Shown here: positions 12,801 to 23,603 of the stretch, in pieces
How the letters are laid out: each line of letters begins with the position of its first letter
Numbering within the stretch: position 1 is the first letter of the stretch
From: Octopus sinensis
Taxonomy: Eukaryota
Assembly (NCBI RefSeq): GCF_006345805.1
Contig: NC_043002.1
Location: forward strand, 85,312,001 to 85,376,000
Length of the DNA: 64,000 nucleotides
Reading direction: 5' to 3'
The notes under the pieces: model-generated
What the model was told of the DNA's origin: nothing
Seen by the model: the letters and a program-made list of their open reading frames with translations, nothing else
Database searches by the model: none
Made by a program: the position numbers and the translations under genes

Positions 12801-13568
12801 ATTTTTATTCATTAGGTGGATGTACGCTTTAGACCGTTGCGACTAAGTGTTTCACCGTATTTAGTTCTTCAGGCAGCTGTCCTAATTTCCCTTTATGCTC
12901 AGATTACCACCTGTCATCCGGTTAAAATCTGCTATATCGACGCCAGTAGAAGTCTCTTCAACCTAACAAAAATAGCAGCCAAATTTCTCTGACATGACAT
13001 TCTGTTGTTTTAGAAAAAGATGGTATCTAAAATTACATTTGATAATGTGTTACTTAACTACATTATGTCTGGGAAAATACGGGTGGTTTTATGACTGAAA
13101 AGCTTTTGTTCTTAAGACTTCTCAATCAGAGCTGTCCTGGGGCGAAATGACAACAATCGCATGGAGTACAGGAAATTAGATATTTGCTGTCAATAGTTTT
13201 ATTAGATAAATAAAATAAAATTAAATGGAGCCATTATGAATTTGCTCGTTGTTATGGCAACGATCAATCAATCAACTGTTACGCCAGCAAGATAACGATA
13301 TAATTCTTCAACTGATCAAAAGATTAAATTGATGAGTGACATAGTGTTTATTCAGTTGCTGCAGCATAATAAATTCAACAAAACCATTCTTTATTCTTAT
13401 ACTGAGCCTTAATATTCCTGAAATAATTTAGAAATTAACAAATTACAATAATTTTTCGCCAAATAAGAGTAATTTCAATCGGTTTTATTCGTTGTATACG
13501 AAATTCACGTGAAAATAATCCCGACCATATATTAAGCTGGCTACAACGACTGTGAATATATATTTAAA

Positions 13569-14103
13569 CTAGCAGTATAACCCGTCGTTGCTCGGGTTTG
13601 TTTTTTAGTTGCGCTTAAAACGGCAGACTTTGATGTCGCGTTTACAAAGTTTTGACATAGTTTCAATTTATGAATAAAAGTATAGTGTGGCGGTGCTCGA
13701 GTTTGCTCTGAATGTGCATTGGATCAGCTGATCCGTCGTCCGCTCAAAACCAATGACATCACAAAAAATTATTTTCGACCCTTTAGAATTGGAATTTTTG
13801 AAAAGAAAAATTTTGCATTATGTAGCTCTTTAAGTGGATATTTTTATGGTTGAAATACACCAAAAAATGGCGACACAGTAGTAAAAAAATCGTAAAAAAT
13901 AGGGATCTTCATAGAAAAAAAGCACCCTTTTGATGTAAATAATTTTTGGTCTTAACATGGTCCGATTTGAATTTTTTCTACGGAACGAAGAGCAAGCCTT
14001 CTATCATAATCTCAATTTTGGTCAACTTGCGCCGCAGGGTCTCCGAGGAGATAGTGTTAGTTGAAGGCTACCAAACCTGCCACACACACACAGACAACTT
14101 CAG

Positions 14104-14131
<28 letters not shown>
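13569..14131 (-). mobile_element. Non-autonomous Helitron, 5' end interrupted
   Basis: Minus-strand 3' end CCCGAGCAACGACGGG hairpin followed by CTAG|T, shared with the Helitron at 23945. The 5' (TA)n runs straight into the hammerhead array. Confidence 0.75.
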
Positions 14132-14138
<7 letters not shown>

Positions 14139-14164
14139 CATCGAACAGAGATTGTCGGAAGCGA

Positions 14165-14242
14165 CACCTACTGGCTGGCTACGCTGCATTGAAAAGGGGC
14201 AATACTCCGAAACGCGTCTGTAGCTGCCGGTCAAGTAGTGTG
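14165..14242 (+). ncRNA. Minimal type I hammerhead ribozyme, U3:A8 variant (copy 1)
   Basis: GCTGCA-TTGAAAA-GGGG caata CTCC-GAAA-CGCG-TC|TGTAGC. Helix I is extended by GGCTGGC/GCCGGTC and CTACT/AGTAG. Predicted cleavage after 14218. Confidence 0.75.
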
Positions 14243-14523
14243 GAGCGACTGACCTCCTTGTTCGAAGGTTATATGGATACAGTTTGTGTATCAAATAGCT
14301 AACTTAAGGCGATGGCCTCATGGAGCTAATAAGCGGACAGCTTTTTTCTTATTTTATAAGAATGCCATATTAGTATGGCGATAACTATTATTTTCCGGGA
14401 ACGCTGCCGCTGTTCTCTTTTAGAGAGACTTAGTTATTTTAATATTCTATTATTGAAAACAAGTGGATGTATTCCACCGAAACTAGGTAAATAAAACCAT
14501 CGAACAGAGATTGTCGGAAGCGA

Positions 14524-14601
14524 CACCTACTGGCTGGCTACGCTGCATTGAAAAGGGGTAATACTCCGAAACGCGTCTGTAGCTGCCGGTCAAGTAGTGT
14601 G
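14524..14601 (+). ncRNA. Minimal type I hammerhead ribozyme, U3:A8 variant (copy 2)
   Basis: Same fold; the single substitution lies in loop II (14559). Predicted cleavage after 14577. Confidence 0.75.
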
Positions 14602-14836
14602 GAGCGACTGACCTCCCTTGTTCGAAGGTTATATGGATACAGTTGTGTATCAAATAGCTAACTTAAGGCGATGGCCTCATGGAGCTAATAAGCGGACAGC
14701 TTTTTTCTTATTTTATAAGAATGCCATATTAGTATGGCGATAACTATTATTTTCCGGGAACGCTGCCGCTGTTCTCTTTTAGAGAGACTTAGTTATTTTA
14801 ATATTTCTATTATATATATATATATATATAATATAT

Positions 14837-14883
<47 letters not shown>

Positions 14884-14959
14884 GACATAAACGAGAGCAG
14901 TAAAGTTTATAAGTTGGGAAAGGACAAAATGAGAAGGTAAATAAAAATAATAAAGAAAC

Positions 14960-15380
14960 TACATACCTTTTATTTTCTTTACTTGCTGCAGTCAATGGAA
15001 CGCGACCATTCTGGGACACTGCATTTGATGGGTTCAGTCGAACAAATCGTCCTTTCCCCCAGTATTTAATTTAAGTCTGGTACTTATTATATCGACTTCT
15101 TTTCCCGCACCGCTAAGTTACGCAAACATAGACAAACCAACACCGGTTATCAAGTAGTGGTAGTCGACAAGCACAAACACAGCTACGTACACGCACGCAC
15201 TTACGTATATATGTATACGACGGACTTCTTTCACATTACGTCTACCAAATCCTCTCACACGACTTTGGTCGGCCCCGAGCTTTAGCAGAAGAACTCTTAC
15301 CCAAGGTGACACGCCGTGGAACTGAACCCAAGATCTCATGGTTGGGAAGCAAACTTCTCAACCACACAGCCACGTCTGCA
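14960..15380 (-). mobile_element. SINE family A, diverged
   Basis: cccaaggtgacacgccgtggaactgaaccc...accacacagcc (reverse-complement head). Confidence 0.75.
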
Positions 15381-15396
15381 ACAATAACTGAATATT

Positions 15397-15799
15397 CTTT
15401 TCTACTCTAAGGAACAAGGCCCGACATTTTGGGGGAGGCGGATAGTCGAGTAGATCGACCCCCAGTACGCAACTTGTACTTAATTTATCGACCCCGAAAA
15501 GATGAAAGGCAAAGTCGACCTCAGCGGAATTTGAACTCAGAACATAAAAACAGACGAAATACCTATTTCTTTACTACCCACAAGGGGCTAAACACAGAGG
15601 GAACAAACAAGGACAGACAAACGGATTAAGTAGGTTATATCGACCCTAGGGCGTAACTGGTATTTATTTAATCGACCCCGAAAGGATGAAAAGCAAAGTC
15701 GACCTCGGCGGAACTTGAACTCAGAACGTAGCGGCAGACGAAATACCGCTCAGCATTTCGGCCGGCGTGCTAACGTTTCTGCCAGCTCGCCACCTTACT
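15397..15799 (-). mobile_element. SINE family B with one internal duplication, 13-bp TSD
   Basis: TSD ataactgaatatt at 15384-15396 and 15800-15812. Confidence 0.9.
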
Positions 15800-16039
15800 A
15801 TAACTGAATATTATAAAAGCTTAAAGAAAATTTTCACCAATTAAATATCTTTTATTGCCATTAATATGAATATATTGCTCTAAAGGTGTCGAAATGTGAA
15901 TAAGCTAAAGAGTGTAGTACTGATTGCCGCTCACAAAAAGCTTAATTCAATGAAATTTCCATCTTAGTTGGAGAAAGAAAATAAAAACTCAGTGACAACT
16001 ATTAACGAGGTAATTTCAATAAATTAGGAATTAATATTT

Positions 16040-16630
16040 CACAGTTCAGGCCCACTTCATGACACTTTGGGCAAGTGTCTTCTACAAAAACCTCGGATTA
16101 ACCACTGCCATACGAGTGAATTTGGTAGACAGAAACATATGTATGTATGTGTATGTATGTATGTATGTATGTATGTATGTATGCATGCATGCATGTCTAT
16201 ATGTATGTATGTGTGTATGCATGCATGCATGCATGTCTGTATGTATGTATGTGTGTGTGTATGTATGTATGTATGTAAGTATATATGTGTGTGTATGTAT
16301 GTATGTATGTATGTATGTATGCATGTATGTATATGTGTGTATGCATGTATGTATGTATGTATGTATGCATGTATGTATGTATGTGTGTGTATGTATGTAT
16401 GTATGTATGTGTGTATGTATGTATGTATGTATGTGTATGTGTGTGCGTGTTGCTTTGTGCTTGTGTTTGCGCTCCCACTGTTCGACAACCGTAACTTAAC
16501 GGTTCGGCGGAAGAGACCGTTAGAATAAGTGCCAGACTTCAAAATAAGTACTGGGGTCGATTTCTTCGATTAAAGCATTCAAATCAATGCTCCAGCATGG
16601 TCGCAGTCAAATGACTGGAACAAACAAAAG
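16040..16630 (+). mobile_element. SINE family A with about 300-bp internal (TATG)n expansion
   Basis: Head and tail match family A; array at 16136-16445. Confidence 0.8.
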
Positions 16631-16998
16631 ATTAACGATAAAAGATACATGCATAGAGCAGATAATCTGATTTTGCAGCCAAGGGTAAACAATCGCCATA
16701 TCTCGGCCAATGAACCTTCACCAAGATAGTACAGTCTACTTAAAACTGCTTGATAAGTTATCAAAGATTTTTTGGCCAATGCAACATGCATAATTAAATT
16801 AATAACATAAGCTAAAGGAAATAACTCAAATGCACCGATGATATGAATTTGGATGAATAAATAAGTCAAGAGAGGAAACATTGAATACTGTAACCAGAAA
16901 CGTCTTAATTAATTGAAATTTCTGTCGTAACTGTAGATAGGAAAAAAATCGTGACACGAGCAAGGCAAACGTTATTAGTTTCTGATGGTAGAAAAATC

Positions 16999-17373
16999 TT
17001 ATTACCTCTACGTTAACGAAAGCGGAGCTATTGTTTTCAGTCGTGTTTGTTAGTTTGTCCGTGGACAAGATATCTTAGGAACCGCTGGATAGATTTGGAT
17101 GTAACTTTCAGGGATGTTTGGCCTTTTGACGGGCAAGAACTGATAGATTTTGGGATCGATCCGGTACTGCACAAGGATTCTGGATTATTTTTCCTTTTTT
17201 ATATACTTAATTTTTTAGAGCGGTCAAGTTCATTTTTAGTATTCCCGTTTGTAAGAGCACTCGTGTTTATTTCAGATATTCTCACTTTAAAAACCACCTC
17301 CGGCTAATCGGTGAGAGGACGTTGGTGTTGCCTTGGCGGAGGTTTGTGCTGTCTGAGTGCTCTTGCTTTAGTT
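16999..17373 (+). mobile_element. Helentron/HINE-like non-autonomous element
   Basis: Starts ttattacctc and ends ccttggcggaggt (subterminal IR), a degenerate hairpin and tagtt. This layout is recalled from DINE-1/HINE-type elements. Confidence 0.5.
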
Positions 17374-17459
17374 AAAATCTTTAAGATTGAAGCAACACAT
17401 TTGCATAATGGTTGGCTCTTTCATATATCTATGCTCAATATTTAAATTCTCTCTCTCGA

Positions 17460-17672
17460 GGCGGCGAGCTGGTAGAATCGTTACCGCGCCGGGAAAAATG
17501 CTTAGCGGCATTTCGTCCGTCCTTACGTTCTGATTTTAAATTCCGCTGAAGTCGACTTTGCCTTTCATCTTTTCAGGGTCGGTAAAATAGGTACCAGTTG
17601 AACACTGGGGTCGATGTAATCGACTTACCCTCTCCCCGATATTACTAACTTTGTGCTAAAATTTGAAACCAA
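17460..17672 (+). mobile_element. SINE family B monomer
   Basis: ggcggcgagctggtagaatcgtta...aaatttgaaacc. Confidence 0.85.
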
Positions 17673-18477
17673 CATTTAAAATCTCTCTGAAGATACACAA
17701 TCAGTTAGTGTGCAATTATATTAACAAGGAATTTCGAAAACAAACAAACAAAAGTTTAAATCAGATTGGTCTGTTGGAATTCCGAACCCTCTCACACTAT
17801 TGCTCAATTGCAATATAGAAATAAAAATGTCTAAAAGTCCCTCGCAAACCATTTCGCATAATCCTTCCCTTTCGGAGCATCTGCGTTTTCCAGGAGACAT
17901 TAAGTTAGAGAATTTCAAACTGAAGATCAACTACATCAATCTCAATAACCTGGGAAAGATATGGGCACATTCTTCTTTCCTGATTAAACAATAGAGTTCT
18001 TCTTCGTCTTCTTCATTCAGTCTGGAGGTTCTGCTTTCCCTTTGTAAATGGAACACTTTCATATTCCTTTCCATGAAGCATAAGCTGAATGTTAACTTAA
18101 AACATCCGTTTAAGGTTGATAACCTAAGTCACCCATACATATTCTTTTGATGGTACAGGTTGGCATGCAAATTGAAAGCAGAAATATATTTGTGTAGCGA
18201 CTTACGAAAGCGGAACCTTTAAGCCACTTCTAACAATGAGTCGATAAAGATTGCAATTTAACCTTTGAGATATCACCATTCCAAAGTATAATCAGTGCTC
18301 TGTGTATGCATGTGTTTGTGCGCGTGTGTGCGCGTATGTGTGTGTGTGTTTGAAAACTACTTTAAAATAGAAACGTTAATGAAACAGAGGCGTGTACCAA
18401 AGAGATAAAACGCCTTGAGGAATAAGATACATCATGGTTGCTGTCGATTCTGATGTTTATGTTTCTAATATGGCTCC

Positions 18478-18486
18478 AGCTGCTGC

Positions 18487-18522
<36 letters not shown>

Positions 18523-18787
18523 CACCACCACCACTACTATCACTACCAATACTACTACTACAACAACAACAACTAGCACTGTTGCTACCACCACCACCAC
18601 CACCACCACCACTACCACCACCACCACTACTATTGCTACTACTACTACTAGCGCTGCCGCTACCACCACCACTACCACTACTACTACTACTATTACTAGC
18701 GATGCCGCTACCACCACCACCACCACCACCACCACTACTACTACTACTAGCGCTGCCGCTACCACCACCACCATTACTACCACCACC

Positions 18788-18829
<42 letters not shown>

Positions 18830-18878
18830 GCTGATTCCGCTGCTGCTGCTACTACTACTACTACTACTGCTACTGCTA

Positions 18879-18910
<32 letters not shown>

Positions 18911-18912
18911 AT
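18478..18912. repeat. Compound trinucleotide array (ACT/ACC/GCT)n
   Basis: Directly visible; the higher-order cassette actagcgctgccgctaccacc recurs. Confidence 0.95.
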
Positions 18913-19046
18913 GATTGTTAATCCAAGAATAAGCTTGTGCTTTTGCTCTTTTTTTATCTTTTTTAATAAAATTTGTGAGACTTCTATGCGATCAGCAACC
19001 TCAAACAGCAGCAAATAGAAAAAGGAAAGGAAGAGATACAAAGAGG

Positions 19047-19077
<31 letters not shown>

Positions 19078-19426
19078 GAAGAGAGACAGGGCTAGAAAGA
19101 GAAAAGCAGCCAGAAAGTTATTGGAAAAATGGGAGGAGAGAAAGAGAGGGAAAGATGCATGGAAAAACAGAGTGGGATAGAAATTATTGCGTAATTTTAA
19201 GTCTGCGAACCACTACCAACTTGTCTGCCTCTATCGGCACTATATCTGAGAATCACACGGTATTTGTTAATTCCAACCAAAAGTTCTGAAATTGAAGCAA
19301 GTACATTATACAAAAGGCATTGTAGTCTTTTAGTTACTTGTTAGATTATTACAACACCAAAATTCAGAAATACAAAGGTGTGTATCTTCAACAAGGCTGA
19401 GTTAACGGCTTGAGGAACGTCCTAGT

Positions 19427-19595
19427 CAGAGCCGACTCAAGGTACTGGGAACTCGGGCAGTCGCCCGGGGCACCATGTGCTAGGGGGCGCCGCCAAGGAG
19501 GGCGTGACAAAGACAAAGAAATTTCCACAGCCGTTAGCTTGTACACGCCGAAGTTCAGCTTGCTCGGGACGCTAACAACCCTAGGGCCGGCTCTG
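19427..19595. mobile_element. hAT-type MITE
   Basis: TIR cagagccg/cggctctg and imperfect 8-bp TSD gtcctagt/attctagt. Confidence 0.65.
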
Positions 19596-19651
19596 ATTCT
19601 AGTTAAATAGTTCTAGATTTTACACAAATCTTTAGAAGTTCTTCGCGATTA

Positions 19652-20165
19652 CCGTAAATCCTCGAGTATAATCCACATTTTATTCCCAAAATTTAAAGGT
19701 CAAAATCCCTAGTGCGTACTATATACGAGGTTAAAAATGAAAATTATTTTCTAAGCAATGTCCGAGTCTCTATTTGCTGTCCGGCAATGTTTATTCAGAC
19801 GCATGTTGTGATGTCGGGCGCGAAAATACCTTAAGCTAAGCCTGAAAGCAATGAAGTAATAAAAGAATCATCCATAACTTGCAGTAAGCAACATTTATTG
19901 GAATAAAAGTATTCAGAACACAGAATAACATGTAACAAAAACTATTTGCAAACATATTTACATTACCATATAACAGTTAAGAACATCACCATTATTGTAT
20001 TACGCGGAAGTGTTTGTTCGACTGGGTGCTGCTGGCTTAATTACGCACGACTCAAGTTAGAGAAGGAGTGCGTATTATACACAAGGTTTAGGTTTCAGAG
20101 GTATAGCCCCTTAAAAATCCCCTGCGTATTATACACAAGGGCGGACTCTACTCGAGGATTTACGG
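19652..20165. mobile_element. Tc1/mariner-type MITE, TA TSD (second copy)
   Basis: TA|ccgtaaatcctcgagtata ... ctcgaggatttacgg|TA; inverted homolog of 5570-6078. Confidence 0.88.
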
Positions 20166-20439
20166 TATACGCAACATTTTTTGTGAGATGCAACGTTTAG
20201 TTAATTCATTCCCAGATAAAAAAAACTTTCCGAGCAACATTTAATACTGCCAAGTAAGTATATTAAAGCTTTACAAATCAATAGTCTGCTTACTTTGTGT
20301 TAGCAGTGCGGTGTATTCACTCTGTAAGTTTCCCACAGAATTCCTGGAAATCCATAGAGTTAAAGTTAAGTGTGTGTGTGTATGTGTGTGTGTGTGTGTG
20401 AGTGTGTGAGAGAGAGAGAGAGCAATGTAATTACACACG

Positions 20440-20590
20440 TGCTGTTGGTGATTTTTTTCCTTCTTTGGTCTTTTCCCTTTTTCCGTTCCGACGAGGAGCT
20501 TTGCTCGAAACGTCAAAAACTCTTTTTACTGAGCGTCAACTTAAAATATTCCATGTGCACGTCCTCTTGTTATCGTTCGTTTATTCAATT
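20440..20590 (+). mobile_element. Short Penelope-terminus-like element with degenerate hammerhead motif
   Basis: ccgacga-g-gagc ttt gctc-gaaa-cgtc; related to 41045-41232, 51975-52125 and 60345-60505. Confidence 0.55.
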
Positions 20591-20899
20591 TGACTACACA
20601 CACACACACACACGCACACACACACAAACATATACACACACACACGTATATATTGTTACTGTTATATATAGTGATATATCACCTAAAGAATATGCGGAGG
20701 TGTATTACCTAACGAAACGGCGCTTTATAAAAACAAAATTATGCGTAATGTCACATGATGTCCTGAAAAAGATGAGAAACCGGAACATACTTGCCAAGAA
20801 GAAAGTGAAGTGACAATGTGGGACTGGTGATGATTTATTGCATTACATCTTCATGAGTATGTTTGGCGAAACAAATTTAGAGATTGTCAAAAACTATTG

Positions 20900-21413
20900 T
20901 TGTTGTAACCCCCTTTGGTCATGAATGACCATGGGATTGCACCTAGAAAGTTACTCTCCTAGGCACAAATCCGGGCAAGGTTGTCTATAGAAGACCAGCA
21001 GTCGCTCACGCATACCAGCCTCCCCTCTACATGCCACCGATGTTATCCAAGGGAAAGGCAAAGGGGCCGATATAGCTTGGCACCAGTGACGTCGCAGCTC
21101 ATTTATTAACGTGCAAGTCGCTGAGCACTCCACAGACACGTGTACTCTTAACGTAGTTCTCGGGGAGATTCAGCGTGACACAGAGTGTGACAAGGCTGGC
21201 TCTTTGAAATACAGGTACAATAGAAACAGGAAGAAAGAGTGAGAGAAAATTGTGGTGAAAGAGTACAGCAGGGTTCACCACTACCCCCTGCCGGAGCCTC
21301 GTGGAGCTTCAGTTGTTTTCGTTCAAAATCACTTACAATGCCCAGTCTGGGAATCGAAACCGCAATCCTATGACCGCGAGTCCGCTGCCCTAACCACTGT
21401 GTCATTGCGCCTC
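20900..21413 (-). mobile_element. SINE family F 3' part (20900-21107) abutting a SINE family C copy (21108-21413)
   Basis: F part matches 58130-58320; C part matches 36674-37045. Confidence 0.8.
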
Positions 21414-22439
21414 TACTGTAAAACTATTAATGATCTCATTTCATGCATCAATGACTGGTATGTTTTCCTGTAAATATAATTGTTTTCATCTTATTTAAAA
21501 ATACATGTACATTCTATACATTGGTTATGTTACATGAAATTGAGATGTCAGTCGTCACTTTCAGTTTCTGTCGCCATTTACTTTCATTTTGTTAGGGCAA
21601 TTTACTTTCACATTTTTTTTTACGTCAGTAAACTCCATGTTAACCTTAATACTTCTAAAAAGACGTGATGGTCAAGGCTGGAATACTTATCATAGGTTTG
21701 CTTGCTCAGATTTGATCTGAAGCTAAGCAACAACAAATACTACAACCGCAAAGCCGTCACGCTTCCTTATTTCTCAAATCTACTTACAAATAATAAACAT
21801 CAAACAAAGATTGCCGATACTTCAATCAAGAGACGGTAATTTTATCCATTCAGCTATTGTGACGTCTGGATTCTGTTGTTATCAGATTAAAAAAAAAAAA
21901 AAAAGAAAAAGGGAAAATGGGAAAAAAAAAAAAAAATCCTTCTGATGCATTTTAGATAAAAAAAAAAATCTTTCTCTTCCTAAACAGAAAGAAAATAATA
22001 CCAAAGCAAATTATTTTTTCCCTTTTTGGTTCAAACATGATTTATCAGATGCTTACGTGACCAGTGATCCAATTTCCAACACAACAGAAATCGTTGTGGG
22101 GACCAATTATAATGGCAGACAATTCACTGCTCTAACATGGATAATAAAATTAGCTCGCCTAATAAACAATTCATTATTATGTTTGTAAACATCGCACTTC
22201 GAACGCTGAGATTTCTTCTGAATTCAGGGGGCAATATCGAGGAGTAGAGTTGGGTGTGCGGTGAAATTAGATGAAAACTGTTATAATCCTTTATCTTTCT
22301 TTTTCTTCTTTTTAAATCTTACTTCATTTCGCAATTTCCTGTTTCTTTTGTGTGCTTTTTATTTTCTTTTATTTTTCTCCTTTGACAGTGAAACACGAGC
22401 AAAGGGCCAAGAATAAAAAACAACAAAAAAGCCAAAATA

Positions 22440-22478
22440 TGCATGTATACTGTATGTGTGCGCGCGTGTGCATGTATG

Positions 22479-22512
<34 letters not shown>

Positions 22513-22607
22513 TGTATGTATGTATGCATACATATTTATGTATATGTATATATGTGTGCATATATATGTTTGTATGTATGTATGTATGTATGTATGTACG
22601 TATGTAC

Positions 22608-22650
<43 letters not shown>

Positions 22651-22900
22651 GCATGTATGTGTGTATGTATGTATATATGTTCATACATAAATTTGTCTCT
22701 CCGCCTGTATGTGTGCATGCATGTGTGTATGTATGTATATATGTATATATATATATATATATGTATGTATATATGTACATACATAAACTTGTCCGTCTGT
22801 ATGTATGCAAGTATGTATGCATGTATGCATGCCTGCATGCTTATTTGTATGTGAGTGCTTGCATGTACATACATACATTTTCATATGCATACACATAGAT
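22440..22900. repeat. (TATG)n/(TA)n compound microsatellite
   Basis: Directly visible. Confidence 0.93.
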
Positions 22901-23164
22901 ACACAGACACATTCAGTTACATGCACATGCACATGTAATACTGGAATGTGTTAGACGGCAATAGATGGATGGACAGTTTGTCCGAAGGCTGTTGAGGTGG
23001 CTATGAAGTTTATGATCTTCATGCGATATAAGGGGGAGTAATATTGTTAGTTTATCCAGTAAAATGGTTTTAAGTGCTAATTTGACAGATTAATCGAGCA
23101 GAATATATTTGGTGCCGACGCTAGTACAGTTGCTCTTCAAATGACAGATATTTAGTTCAAACTC

Positions 23165-23603
23165 AGGATCTTTTCGGTTTGAACGGCAGTTATTTCTAGC
23201 GGTGTCATATGAAATTGTCACCCATAATTATGACCCTAGTATCGATCTATTGCATTTCAATCTGTTTTAGGGTTAGCGTTAGTTAGGGTTACGGTTAGGG
23301 GTGGGGAGAAGGGTATCTTTTTTTCTTCACAAATGTAAATAAACCCAATCTGTTTCTTAAACGAGGGACATATTCATACGGCACAGAATGTTTTTTTTTT
23401 ACCTCAATGGACGTCAGTGATTGGTTAAAATTGCAGAAATTGAAGAAAAAAACAACAAATATCTTACAAACTATAGAATTTTCTCAATAAAACCAAGAGA
23501 AAAAGATGTTTTATAAACACATTCTACCAGTATACGAAGTTTAACATTTTTTTAGTTACCTAGAAATTATGTTAAAAACTGCCGTTCAAACCGAAAAGAT
23601 CCC
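23165..23603. mobile_element. TIR element with internal TTAGGG repeats and 6-bp flanking direct repeat
   Basis: TIR (g)ggatcttttcggtttgaacggcagtt at both ends; aaactc at 23159-23164 and 23604-23609. Homologs at 37315-37744, 38170-38391, 27345-27395 and 29726-30590. Confidence 0.88.

Larger units (their letters stand above)
14132..14813 (+). mobile_element. Tandem 359-nt hammerhead-bearing unit (1.9 copies); retrozyme-like or Penelope pLTR-like
   Basis: Copy 2 starts at 14491, 359 nt after copy 1, with 4 differences. Flanked by (TA)n on both sides; contains hammerhead motifs. Confidence 0.8.

Noticed and set aside
23268-23305. True telomere or interstitial telomeric array
   Set aside because: Only a few degenerate TTAGGG units, always inside TIR elements.
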